A DNA stretch of 64,000 nt from an uncultured Armatimonadia bacterium (GTDB taxonomy: Bacteria; Armatimonadota; Zipacnadia; Zipacnadales; UBA11051), in assembly GCA_964622325.1 (NCBI GenBank), contig CAZUOJ010000005.1, forward strand, positions 583-64,582, written 5' to 3'. Positions 54,443 to 64,000 of this stretch are shown piece after piece. The position numbers were made by a program, and so were the translations under genes. The notes below the pieces were generated by a model. The model saw only the letters and a list, made by a program, of their open reading frames with translations. It searched no databases and was not told where the DNA came from. The number at the start of each line of letters is the position of its first letter. Position 1 is the first letter of the stretch.

Positions 54443-56089
54443 TTATTCTGCTGTATCTTCTGCTGACAATTCAGTGGAAATGCCGTGTGTGCGGCAATAT
54501 TCCAGGGCGGCGCCAATAAACCCGCGAAACAGAGGATGAGCCCGATTCGGACGCGATTTGAATTCCGGATGGAATTGGCTGGCAATGAAGAAAGGATGAT
54601 CGGGCAGCTCGATCATCTCCACAAGATCCCCCTCCGGCGATGTGCCGCAAAAAACCATGCCCTTTTCTGCCAGGATTGGCCGATAGGCGTTATTGACTTC
54701 CAGCCGATGCCGATGCCGTTCCGAAATTTCCCGACAATCATAGAGGCGCTCTGCCAATGTGCCCTCCTTGAGCACACACGGATAGGCCCCCAGGCGCATT
54801 GTGCCGCCCAAGCGTGTAATGTATTCCTGTTCCTTTAAATATACAATCACAGGATGGGGCGTGGCTTCATCAAATTCCTTGGAATTAGCGCCCTCTAAGC
54901 CGCACACATTCCGGGCAAATTCTATCACGGCAATTTGCAGCCCCAGGCATAGCCCCAGATAGGGAATTTTATTTTCGCGTGCATATTGCGCCGCCAGAAT
55001 TTTCCCCTCAATGCCCCGATCGCCAAAGCCCCCCGGAACGAGAATGCCGCCCACATCGCCTAAAAGCTCCGCCACTGTCTCCTTTTTCACTTTTTCCGAA
55101 TCGACATATTTGATATGCACGCGCACTTGATGATGAATGCCGCCGTGATGAAGCGCCTCTGTGACGGACAGATAGGCGTCATGCAGATTCATGTATTTGC
55201 CAACCATTGCCACCCGCACTTGCCCTTTCGGATTCTTCAGCCGCTCCAGCATCTGCTGCCAATCCGTCATATTCAGCGGCCGTCGCGGCAAATGCAGCAC
55301 ATCTGTGACGAGATCGGCAATCCCCTGACGCTCCATCGCCAGCGGAATCTCATACAGCGAATTTTTTACATCTAACGCCTCAATAATCGCCTCGGGCGGC
55401 AAATCACAAAACAGAGCTAATTTCGCCCGGATATTGTCATCCAGGGGATAGGGCGTGCGGGCGACAAGAATATCCGGCGATATGCCCACACGGCGCAGCT
55501 CCTGCACCGAATGTTGTGTGGGCTTCGTTTTCAGCTCCCCGACTGTGCTCAAATACGGAATTAATGTCACATGGATATAACACACATTTTCGTCCCCCAC
55601 ATCTCGCCGCATCTGGCGAATCGCCTCTAAGAACGGCAGGCCCTCGATATCGCCCACTGTGCCGCCGATTTCCACTAAACAAATTTCTTTATCATTGGCA
55701 TAAGCGCGGATGCGCTCTTTTATTTCGTCCGTGATGTGTGGAATCACTTGCACTGTCTTGCCCAGATAATAATCCCCTTGCCGCTCTTTTTCTATCACGG
55801 AACCATAAATTTTGCCCGTCGTGATATTGGACAGATCACACAGCGGCTCATCCACAAAACGCTCATAATGGCCCAAATCCAGATCCGTCTCGGCGCCGTC
55901 ATCCGTCACATAGACTTCTCCATGCTGGAAGGGATTCATCAAGCCGGCATCCACATTGATATAGGGATCCACTTTAATCAAGCCCACGCGATAGCCGCGA
56001 TCCTTCAGCAAACGCCCGAGCGAAGCCGTTGTAATGCCCTTCCCGATTGCGGATACAACGCCGCCTGTGACGAAAACATATTTGGCCAT
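54443..56089 (-). CDS. pyrG: CTP synthase
   Basis: [47 protein letters not shown] and [10 protein letters not shown]. Confidence 0.98.
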   Translation of the reverse strand: MAKYVFVTGGVVSAIGKGITTASLGRLLKDRGYRVGLIKVDPYINVDAGLMNPFQHGEVYVTDDGAETDLDLGHYERFVDEPLCDLSNITTGKIYGSVIEKERQGDYYLGKTVQVIPHITDEIKERIRAYANDKEICLVEIGGTVGDIEGLPFLEAIRQMRRDVGDENVCYIHVTLIPYLSTVGELKTKPTQHSVQELRRVGISPDILVARTPYPLDDNIRAKLALFCDLPPEAIIEALDVKNSLYEIPLAMERQGIADLVTDVLHLPRRPLNMTDWQQMLERLKNPKGQVRVAMVGKYMNLHDAYLSVTEALHHGGIHHQVRVHIKYVDSEKVKKETVAELLGDVGGILVPGGFGDRGIEGKILAAQYARENKIPYLGLCLGLQIAVIEFARNVCGLEGANSKEFDEATPHPVIVYLKEQEYITRLGGTMRLGAYPCVLKEGTLAERLYDCREISERHRHRLEVNNAYRPILAEKGMVFCGTSPEGDLVEMIELPDHPFFIASQFHPEFKSRPNRAHPLFRGFIGAALEYCRTHGISTELSAEDTAE

Positions 56090-56348
56090 GTCTGCACCTG
56101 CTGATTCTCTTAAAGCTAGCCAGATTATCGTTGTAAAAGCCTTCCGCGGCGTGAATAAAGCCTTCCGCCACGCAAAAATCTTATCTCGCTGCCCAAAGCC
56201 CTTTTGGCTTTGCTATTATATTAAAGAAAGTCTCCCCAGCCTTCAACACAAAACGCTCTGCCTGTCCCACTCTGTTGTAAAATTTTCCCGTGGCGAAAAT
56301 ATAACAACGCTGTGCAGGGCTGCTCTTTGCATCTATTTGGCAGGCGCC

Positions 56349-56939
56349 TCAATCACTGCTTTTAGGCTCTTCCCCGCGTGTCGCCGGACTGTCCTCTTGT
56401 CCAGCTGAGCTTTCTGCTTCTGCGGCGCCCGCCGGCTCAGGCGCTGGAGCGGCGCTCACTTTTTCCGCGCCCGCCCTTTCCGGCGCCTCGTGGGGCTCTT
56501 CGGGCGCCTCCATTTGTTCTGCTTGAATAACAGGCGCCTCCTCGACAGCTTTTGCCTCTTTTGTGTCCTCTGCTTCTTCCGTCAAAGGCGCTTCATCGGC
56601 CAGCTCGGGCAAATCCACACCCTGGGCCAAGCCCGCCGCCCGGATCTGCTCGATTTGCTTTTTGAGCTGGCTGATTTCGCCGAGGATGGCGTCAATCCGC
56701 TGACAATCTGTCAGCACATCTTGATTGCGCACTTTGCCCTGTCCGTGGAGCGCGTACACTTTTACGCCAATTTGGCGCAGCAGCTCCTGGCGCTCCTTCT
56801 CCAGCCGCCGGATTTGTCCGGAGAGCCGTTGTATTTGTGCCCGTTGCTCTATTATTTCCGCAGCCGTTTCGCCTGTTTCCTTCGCGCTGCGCCAAAACAA
56901 TCGGCCCAGCTCCCGCACTCGCGACATAAAATCCGCCAT
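56349..56939 (-). CDS. Hypothetical protein with an N-terminal coiled coil and an acidic Ala/Glu/Pro-rich tail
   Basis: 196 aa with coding-like composition, co-oriented and tightly spaced with its neighbours. No family recognised. Confidence 0.65.
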   Translation of the reverse strand: MADFMSRVRELGRLFWRSAKETGETAAEIIEQRAQIQRLSGQIRRLEKERQELLRQIGVKVYALHGQGKVRNQDVLTDCQRIDAILGEISQLKKQIEQIRAAGLAQGVDLPELADEAPLTEEAEDTKEAKAVEEAPVIQAEQMEAPEEPHEAPERAGAEKVSAAPAPEPAGAAEAESSAGQEDSPATRGEEPKSSD

Positions 56940-56954
56940 CTTGCCGCCTCCTTT

Positions 56955-57917
56955 TTAATAATCGATGTCCAGCCGATGTAATCCGGCTTTCCTTGCAGCG
57001 CGTACAGCGGCCTCATATTCCTGATGTGTTATGCGGCGGGCAATTTCCGACACTTCAAACGCCCGATAGCATGGCCGATATTGCGCCATCACATTCACAT
57101 AAATCTCCGGATCCAGCGCCGCAATAAATTCCATCACAGGCTGTGTTGTGGAAAAATCATGGGGCATAACGAGATGGCGCACAAGCAAGCCCCGCCGCGC
57201 TAGGCCTCGCTCATCTATCTCCAGCGGCCCCGTTTGCCGATACATCTCGCGCACGGCTTCTTTCATCCGCTCGGGATAATCCGGCGCCTGGCAAAGCCGT
57301 TGCGCTATTTGGGAATCTATAAATTTGGCATCTGGCATGTAAATATCCACAATGCCTTCCAGAAGCCGTAAGGCTTCCACGCTCTCGTAGCCGCCACAAT
57401 TATACACGATGGGGAGCCGCAGCCCCAAGGGGATGGCCGCCCGAATGGCTTGCATAATTTGCGGCATGAAATGCGTTGGCGTCACGAAATTGATGTTATG
57501 GCAGCCGCGCTGTTGCAAAAGAAGCATAATATAAGCCAGGCGCTCTGGCGCCAGCTCCTGGCCGGCCAGAATGTTATGGCTAATGTCGTAATTTTGACAA
57601 AACAGGCAGCCCAGATTGCAGCCGGAAAAGAAAATCGTGCCCGAGCCGCCCACGCCCACAAGCGGCCGCTCCTCCCCAAAATGCGGCCCATAGCTGGCCA
57701 CTCGCGCCAACGCTCCGCCTTGACAAAAGCCTTTTTCGCCTGCCAGACGATTCACACGGCATTGGCGCGGACACAATGTGCATGCCGCCAAAAGGCCCTG
57801 GGCCGCTTCAAGGCGCTGCTGCCATTCCTCTGCCGTAAGATTTAAATAGCTGGGATAAGCCGCCATATATGCCGCCTGCTTGGGATGCGAACAAGAAAGC
57901 GCTTCTGGCTCAGCCAA
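56955..57917 (-). CDS. Radical SAM protein (PflX-like)
   Basis: CTLCPRQC.VNR, HFGEE, FFSGCNLGCLFCQN (CxxxCxxC), NINFVTPTH and GLLVRHLVMP. Confidence 0.9.
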   Translation of the reverse strand: MAEPEALSCSHPKQAAYMAAYPSYLNLTAEEWQQRLEAAQGLLAACTLCPRQCRVNRLAGEKGFCQGGALARVASYGPHFGEERPLVGVGGSGTIFFSGCNLGCLFCQNYDISHNILAGQELAPERLAYIMLLLQQRGCHNINFVTPTHFMPQIMQAIRAAIPLGLRLPIVYNCGGYESVEALRLLEGIVDIYMPDAKFIDSQIAQRLCQAPDYPERMKEAVREMYRQTGPLEIDERGLARRGLLVRHLVMPHDFSTTQPVMEFIAALDPEIYVNVMAQYRPCYRAFEVSEIARRITHQEYEAAVRAARKAGLHRLDIDY

Positions 57918-58689
57918 AGAGCTTCATATCCTGTAGCCGCTGCATAAATTCCCCTAACGGCGCGTATGTTAAATCTCCCGTCAGATCAAAATGCACAGGC
58001 GTAACAGAGACATAGCCCGCGCGGACGGCTTGAATATCTGTCCCTTCGCCACAATCGGCTTCTAAGGGCTCGCCGCTAAACCAATAATAGGGGCGTCCAC
58101 GCGGATCCTCGTGCTTGCTCAAGATATTCGCATATTTGCGGCGTCCCAGGCGTGTCAGACGCGCCCCTTTTAATTGCTCCGGAGGCACATTGGGCACATT
58201 GATGTTGAAAAATGTATCTGGCGGCAACGGCCATTGTTCCTGCGCCGCCAAGACAAATTTTTGGGCGAATTCCGCCGCCCCCGCATAGATAACATCCGTA
58301 TAGGCGCATACAGAAAGCGCCAGGCTGGGCAAGCCCTGTAAAGCGCCTTCCATCGCCGCCGACACTGTGCCTGAATACAGCACTTCCTCGCCTAAATTTG
58401 CCCCGGCATTGATGCCTGAAAGAATCATATCCGGCTGTGGCAAATCGCTCAAGCTCGCCAGAATCACACAATCAGCCGGCGTGCCATTGCTGGCGTAGGC
58501 GGCGATTGTGCCCGGCATTTCCACAGGCTCCAGCCGTAAGGGCTTGTGCAAAGTAATCGCATGGCCAATAGCGCTTTGCTGCCGCTCTGGAGCGATGACG
58601 AGCACTTCGACAATCTCTGCGAGCGCTTGCACAAGCGCCCGCAACCCTTCCGCCCAAATCCCATCATCATTTGTGACTAAAACTCTCAT
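57910..58689 (-). CDS. surE: 5'/3'-nucleotidase SurE
   Basis: LVTNDDG, GTPADCV, SGINAGAN, YSGTVSAAMEG and SVTP. Confidence 0.96.
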   Translation of the reverse strand: MRVLVTNDDGIWAEGLRALVQALAEIVEVLVIAPERQQSAIGHAITLHKPLRLEPVEMPGTIAAYASNGTPADCVILASLSDLPQPDMILSGINAGANLGEEVLYSGTVSAAMEGALQGLPSLALSVCAYTDVIYAGAAEFAQKFVLAAQEQWPLPPDTFFNINVPNVPPEQLKGARLTRLGRRKYANILSKHEDPRGRPYYWFSGEPLEADCGEGTDIQAVRAGYVSVTPVHFDLTGDLTYAPLGEFMQRLQDMKLFG

Positions 58690-58707
58690 CTATAAGTTCT
58701 CCACGCC

Positions 58708-60294
58708 CTAAAAAGCAATTTTACAGGTCCGCACAACGCCATCCAATTTTTGAATGCGCGCCATTATCTCCTCGGGCACATCGCCCTGTACTGTCAGCGC
58801 CATCAGCCCAATTTCTTGGGGCGCCTCGCGGCTGACTTGAATGGCAGAGATATTGATGCCGGCTTCGCCTAGCAGTGTGCCAACTTTTCCAATAAAGCCC
58901 GGCCGCGAGGGCGCTTGCCGCCAGATGAACAAAGCTGTGCCTTCGGGCGGCAAATCCAAATCATAGCCCTCAATGTCAATAATGCGCGGACGCCCCCGAT
59001 CCAGCACTGCTCCAGCGACTTTTATCTTCTGATCGGCTGTGACGCGCAGCTCCAACACGGCCGTAAAGCCCCGATCGTCTTGCAGCCGCGTTTGGGCTAA
59101 TTCAATATGTCGCTCCTTCGCCAGCAGCGGGGCGTTAATAATGTTAAGGGGCTCTTCTGTCGTGCCGGCTAGCAGCGCCACAAGCGCCGTGGCATTGAGA
59201 TGGGCCAGATATTCGGGCGCTAAATCGGCCGAACACAACACTTCGACACGACGCAAAGCCCCACGCCCCCCAATTAAAGCCCGTGCCAGCTTTCCTAAAG
59301 CCTCTGCTAAGGGCAAATAAGGCGCCAGGCGCTGCCGCACTTCCGCTGGCAATATAGGCACATTCACGGGCCAGCGGGGCAGCCTCCCCGCCAGCACATC
59401 CACAACTTGTCGCGCCGCATCCACAGCCACATTAATCTGGGCTTCTTGCGTCATTGCGCCGACATGGGGCGTTACAATGACATTGGGCAAGGAAAGCAAC
59501 TCTTGATTGTGCGGCGGCTCTTCGGCAAAAACATCCAGCGCGGCCGCAGCCAGGCGTCCCGCGCGCAAAGCAGCTACAAGCGCCTGTTCATCTACAAGCG
59601 AGCCGCGGGCTGTATTGATGAAAATAGCGCCGGGCTTCATCTGAGCAAATTCCTCTGCCCCAAACATCCCTGTTGTTTCCGCGCTGGCGACAGCATGCAG
59701 GCTCACAACATCGGCCTGTTGCAGCAAAGCGGATAGCTCTGTCAACTCTGCGCCCACTGCCGCTGCTCGTTCCGGCGCCACATACGGATCATACGCCAAA
59801 ATCTGCATTCCCAGCGCGCGTGCCAGCCGCGCGACTTCTGTCCCGATATTTCCCAGCCCTACAATCCCCAATATCTTGCCCCGTAATTGGCATCCCTGAT
59901 AGGCGCTTTTTGTCCACACGCCTGCTTTTAAGGCTGTGTGAGCTTGCGGAATGCGGCGCGCCGCTGCCAGCATCAGCGCAATTGTATGCTCCGCCACGGC
60001 GATAATATTGCCCGCAGGGGCATTGACAACTAATATCCCCCGCCGCGTCGCCGCCGCCACATCAATATTGTCCACGCCCACGCCCGCACGGGCAATCACA
60101 CGACAGCGCGCCGCCGCCTGAAGCACGCGGCTTGTTATTTTCGTGGCGCTGCGCACCACTATGGCCTCAAAAGGAGGCACAATAGACACGAGCTCCTCTT
60201 CCGAAAGCCCAAGATGAATTTCGACATCCCCGGCTTCCCGCAAAATCGCCAGGCCCTCTTCAGCCAGAGAATCACACACGAGAATCTTGGCCAT
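58708..60294 (-). CDS. serA: D-3-phosphoglycerate dehydrogenase (long form with regulatory C-terminal domains)
   Basis: VRSATK, RAGVGVDNID, GIVGLGNIG, NTARG, DVFAEEP, TPHVGA and C-terminal PGFIGKVGTLLG..GINI (ACT). Confidence 0.95.
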   Translation of the reverse strand: MAKILVCDSLAEEGLAILREAGDVEIHLGLSEEELVSIVPPFEAIVVRSATKITSRVLQAAARCRVIARAGVGVDNIDVAAATRRGILVVNAPAGNIIAVAEHTIALMLAAARRIPQAHTALKAGVWTKSAYQGCQLRGKILGIVGLGNIGTEVARLARALGMQILAYDPYVAPERAAAVGAELTELSALLQQADVVSLHAVASAETTGMFGAEEFAQMKPGAIFINTARGSLVDEQALVAALRAGRLAAAALDVFAEEPPHNQELLSLPNVIVTPHVGAMTQEAQINVAVDAARQVVDVLAGRLPRWPVNVPILPAEVRQRLAPYLPLAEALGKLARALIGGRGALRRVEVLCSADLAPEYLAHLNATALVALLAGTTEEPLNIINAPLLAKERHIELAQTRLQDDRGFTAVLELRVTADQKIKVAGAVLDRGRPRIIDIEGYDLDLPPEGTALFIWRQAPSRPGFIGKVGTLLGEAGINISAIQVSREAPQEIGLMALTVQGDVPEEIMARIQKLDGVVRTCKIAF

Positions 60295-60398
60295 TGTCCT
60301 TAGCCTATTGTCCTGGAATGCGCTTAGCTTTTATATTGCCGTCTGCGCTCTTCTTTATGCTTTGGCTTAAACAAAAACAAAATAGCTTTACAATGGCT

Positions 60399-61547
60399 TT
60401 AAACAAATCCATAATAGGCGTCTTCCAGCGCCGTCAGCACTGTTTCCACATCACACGAATGCCCCATTTCCTTAAGCTCCCGCGCCACCGCTTCCCATGT
60501 ACGCAGCAAATCTTCGATCTGCGCCGCGCCCAGATGGCCAATGCGAAAAATCTTTCCTTTTAATTTATCCTGGCCTCCCGAGATAATAATCCCATAGCCC
60601 TCGCGCACACGCGCCACTAATTCGCTGGAATTCATTTCGGCAGGCATGCGAATGGCTGTCACAATGGGGCTGGCGCAATCCTCGCCTGCCAGCAATTCCA
60701 ATCCCGCCGCTCGGGCAGCGGCACGGCAGGCACGCATCAGGCGCCAATGCCGATGTTGAAAATGCGCCACGCCTTCTTTGTTAATGATCCGCAAAGAGGC
60801 TTGCAACGCCAAAATCAAATTCACATTGGGCGTGTAAGGCGTCTGGCCGTTTTCCAGCGCGGCCCTGGCTTTGAGCAGATCAAAATAATAGCGCGGCATA
60901 CGCGCCTTTTGAGCTGCCTCCCAGCCTTGCGCGCTCAAACAGACAAAAGCCAGGCCCGGCGGCAGCATCAGCGCTTTTTGTGAGCCAGCCGCCGCTGCCG
61001 CCAGCCCTGTTTCATCCATCTGGATAGGCATCCCCCCGATGGCGCTTACGCAATCTGCAATCGCCAACGCGCCAACATTCCGGGCCGCTTCCGCCAGTGC
61101 CGGAGCGTCCTGAAATACGCCTGTCGATGTCTCGTTGAGGACAAACAAAAGAGCCTGATAGGAGCCTGTCTGCAAACGCGCCTCGACATCTTCTGGATGG
61201 GCGGCCTCTCCTGGCTCCACAAGCAGCCAATCCACTTCTGCCCCATAAGCGGCCGCAATGTCTCCCATCCGCTCGCCAAATTTCCCTCCCGCAATTGCCA
61301 GAACGCGCTCCCCTGGAGATAAAAGATTCACAATGCTGGCTTCCACAGCGCCTGTGCCCGAGCTTGTAAGAATCAAAACGGGCTCTTTTGTTTCAAACAG
61401 GGCCTGCAGGCCTTCTGTGCATTCCTGCAGGATTTCGGCGAAAGCAGGCCCGCGATGATAGAGGCTCGGGCGCGCCAGCGCCTCCCGCACTTCCGGCGGC
61501 AAATTTGTTGGCCCGGGAATCATGAGCAAAGGATCCATTTCCATCAT
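60399..61547 (-). CDS. Class V PLP aminotransferase (alanine-glyoxylate/serine aminotransferase family)
   Basis: LMIPGPT, SSGTGAVE, NETSTGV, DCVSA, GSQKALMLPPG and FRIGHLG. Confidence 0.9.
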   Translation of the reverse strand: MMEMDPLLMIPGPTNLPPEVREALARPSLYHRGPAFAEILQECTEGLQALFETKEPVLILTSSGTGAVEASIVNLLSPGERVLAIAGGKFGERMGDIAAAYGAEVDWLLVEPGEAAHPEDVEARLQTGSYQALLFVLNETSTGVFQDAPALAEAARNVGALAIADCVSAIGGMPIQMDETGLAAAAAGSQKALMLPPGLAFVCLSAQGWEAAQKARMPRYYFDLLKARAALENGQTPYTPNVNLILALQASLRIINKEGVAHFQHRHWRLMRACRAAARAAGLELLAGEDCASPIVTAIRMPAEMNSSELVARVREGYGIIISGGQDKLKGKIFRIGHLGAAQIEDLLRTWEAVARELKEMGHSCDVETVLTALEDAYYGFV

Positions 61548-62545
61548 TCAATGAGGACTCCATTAATAATGCCGGCGCCTGCTGGCACGTGCGCGCCAGC
61601 AATAACGCTATTATATATGCGCGCCTGTCGGCCTATAAAGCTGCCCGGCCATACGACGCTTCGGCTGACAATAGCTCCCTGCTCAATAATCACATCAGCC
61701 CCAATGCTTGTGTCTGGGCCCACAATCACATTTTCTCCAATGCGGGCATTGGGCGCAATATCCACGGGCGCTTTTATTTGTGCCGTAGACGCCATTTGGC
61801 CCTGCACAGCGGCTTGCTTCCAGGGGATGCAGCCCTGCAATATATCGTAATTAGCCTGCAGATATGTCTCCATACGCCCCACATCAGTCCAATATCCCAG
61901 TCTGGCCGGCAAATGCGCATATAATGGGCAGCCGCGCCGTAAAAGCTCCGGAAACAAATCCCGTTCATTGGAATACGGCCGCCCCGGCGGAATATAAGCC
62001 AGAATTTCTGGCGACATCACATAAAAGCCCGAATTGACAGTGTAGCGGCCCGTTTCATCCTGAGCCACTTTTTCTTTAAAAGCATACACGCGGCCATCGT
62101 TATGCCACTGAATCAGCCCATAATGCCGGATATCGTGCGTTGTCCGCACACAAAATGTCACAAGCGCGTTGCGCTCCAGATGTGCCGCCGCCAGTGCCGC
62201 CAAATCCACATCATATATAATATCCCCGTTACAGGCAAAGAAAGGCCCCTCAATAAGCTCACGCACATTCCCAATAGCGCCGGCTGTGTCCAGCGGCCTT
62301 TCTTCTTCTACATAGATAAATTCCGCTCCCCATTCTTTGCCCTCGCCGAGCTGTTTGCGCATCATTTCCGCCTTGTAGCCGAGGGCGAAAATTATTTGCT
62401 TCACGCCGGCGTGCACAAGCGGAATGATCTCGTAGGCAATTAGCGGCAAATTCGCCACAGGCATCAGCGCCTTCGGCAGCTTATAGCTCAGGGGCCGCAA
62501 ACGCGTGCCCTGGCCGCCCACGAGCAAAACAGCCTGTTTAATCAT
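61544..62545 (-). CDS. NDP-sugar synthase (mannose-1-phosphate guanylyltransferase-like)
   Basis: LVGGQGTRLRPLS...PKALMPV, EERPLDTAGA, NGDI, YWTDVG and a left-handed beta-helix tail. Confidence 0.88.
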   Translation of the reverse strand: MIKQAVLLVGGQGTRLRPLSYKLPKALMPVANLPLIAYEIIPLVHAGVKQIIFALGYKAEMMRKQLGEGKEWGAEFIYVEEERPLDTAGAIGNVRELIEGPFFACNGDIIYDVDLAALAAAHLERNALVTFCVRTTHDIRHYGLIQWHNDGRVYAFKEKVAQDETGRYTVNSGFYVMSPEILAYIPPGRPYSNERDLFPELLRRGCPLYAHLPARLGYWTDVGRMETYLQANYDILQGCIPWKQAAVQGQMASTAQIKAPVDIAPNARIGENVIVGPDTSIGADVIIEQGAIVSRSVVWPGSFIGRQARIYNSVIAGAHVPAGAGIINGVLIE

Positions 62546-62597
62546 TGTCTTGCCTTGCGCGCTTTTTCGCTTAAACGCGCCTTATTCGGCCGTTTTC

Positions 62598-63479
62598 TTA
62601 ACGAAAATAAATAATATAAGCAGATACAGCAGCATACAAAAGTACATTGAGCAATAGCGGCCCATCGCTCAACAAAGCGCGCTCTGGATGGCCGCCCTGC
62701 TCCTTTTGATACACAAGATACAGATAACGAAATATCCCGTAAATCACAAAAGGAATTGTGTACAGAAGATTCGTGCTCCCGATTAATGTCACAGTCCGCT
62801 CGGAAATCGTATAGAGCGCATACGACATCAATGTGGAAGCTGTCACGACAGAAATCATTTGATCCAGCAATACGGGCGAATATTCGGCTAAGCTCGGCCG
62901 ATGCGAATGTGCCTGTTCGCCCAATGTCATTATTTCGCAACGGCGTTTGGCTAAAGCCAAAAACAACGATAAGAGCAATGTGCAGATAATCAGCCAGGGC
63001 GATATGACGGCCTGGATTGCCACAGCGCCCGCCACCGCGCGCAAGACAAATCCCGCCGCAATGGCAAAGACATCTACAATCACAATATGTTTCAACAGGC
63101 CACTATAAAGCAGTGTGATGCCCACATATGCCAGGCTCACTTTTAACAAAGGATAGCCTGCCGCCATATAAGCCCCGATTAAGCCCGCCGCTAAAAGCAC
63201 AATCGCCATTATCAGCGCTGTTGTGACAGACATGCGGCCGCTCGCCAAAGGCCGTTGCGATTTCACAGGATCCAGCCGATCCTGCTCCCTATCCAGCGCA
63301 TCGTTGATGAGATACATGCTGCTGGCGAGCAAGCAAAAAATCACAAACGCCTCCACAGCTTCTGCGACAGCATGTGCCTCTGTCGCTTTTTGCGCAAAAA
63401 GCAAAGCGGCAAAGACAAGCAAATTTTTCGTCCATTGCCGCGGCCGAAGCGCTTGAATTAATACAATAAGCTGGCTCAT
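62598..63479 (-). CDS. UbiA-family decaprenyl-phosphate phosphoribosyltransferase-like protein
   Basis: LRPRQWTKNLLVFAALLF, YLINDALDREQDRLDPVKSQRPLASG, LKHIVIVDV, ALAKRRCE and IFRYLYL. Confidence 0.85.
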   Translation of the reverse strand: MSQLIVLIQALRPRQWTKNLLVFAALLFAQKATEAHAVAEAVEAFVIFCLLASSMYLINDALDREQDRLDPVKSQRPLASGRMSVTTALIMAIVLLAAGLIGAYMAAGYPLLKVSLAYVGITLLYSGLLKHIVIVDVFAIAAGFVLRAVAGAVAIQAVISPWLIICTLLLSLFLALAKRRCEIMTLGEQAHSHRPSLAEYSPVLLDQMISVVTASTLMSYALYTISERTVTLIGSTNLLYTIPFVIYGIFRYLYLVYQKEQGGHPERALLSDGPLLLNVLLYAAVSAYIIYFR

Positions 63480-63680
63480 GTTAGGCCTGCTTTAAAAGGC
63501 TTTTTCTGAGCTTGCTGTGGCCTGTTCGTCACTTTTCTTCTCTTTAATTTTCTTAATTAAACATCTGTAAAAAAACGCCAAGGCGAATTTTCTTTTATTC
63601 ATTTTTTCCATTTGCAATAGTCTGTAGGGCCATTGGCTTAGGATTTTTGTCATTAAAGAGAAAAAGGCTTTTCTTTTTCA

Positions 63681-64000
<320 letters not shown>

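Noticed and set aside
56195-56220. Bacillus-type GGGC reiterative-transcription control of pyrG
   Set aside because: The GGGC lies about 14 nt from the candidate -10, too far to be the start site, and no canonical attenuator was found.

Overview
A 64 kb chromosomal window of roughly 55% GC (estimated by eye) from a diderm bacterium. Gene content suggests Armatimonadota or a similar lineage, which is inference only. The left part (about 1-37 kb) is a large cluster of big, mostly signal-peptide-bearing carbohydrate-active proteins: heparinase II/III-like, CBM9-like multidomain hydrolase, GH2, GH42-like, beta-helix+SGNH, sialidase-like+SGNH, a sulfatase-superfamily enzyme, an acetylxylan-esterase-like protein and two paralogous beta-propellers. 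The cluster also holds Gfo/Idh/MocA and FAD oxidoreductases and an OPT-like transporter, but no SusC/SusD or sugar ABC transporter. The right part (about 37-64 kb) is housekeeping: marC, mlaEFD, rplI, dnaB, purD/E/F, a SIS protein, a metal ABC transporter, pcrA, pyrG, a radical SAM protein, surE, serA, a class V aminotransferase, an NDP-sugar synthase, a UbiA-family phosphoribosyltransferase and the 3' end of lysS. No rRNA, tRNA, CRISPR array or IS element was recognised. The most striking signal is not a gene. The trinucleotide ACC/GGT is nearly eliminated on both strands: by manual count there is 1 in bases 1-1200, 1 in the 1437-bp dnaB and 1 in the 1272-bp purD, against about 34 per kb expected from composition. 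Many survivors sit at codon junctions the protein cannot avoid. The OPT-like transporter gene escapes this depletion (about 27 in 2 kb), which suggests recent acquisition. Other notable items are a catalytically dead SGNH domain, a Thr-type sulfatase motif, an unrecognised HTH plus Cys-cluster protein, and a MlaD with a probable C-terminal beta-barrel. All counts are by eye and need computational confirmation.
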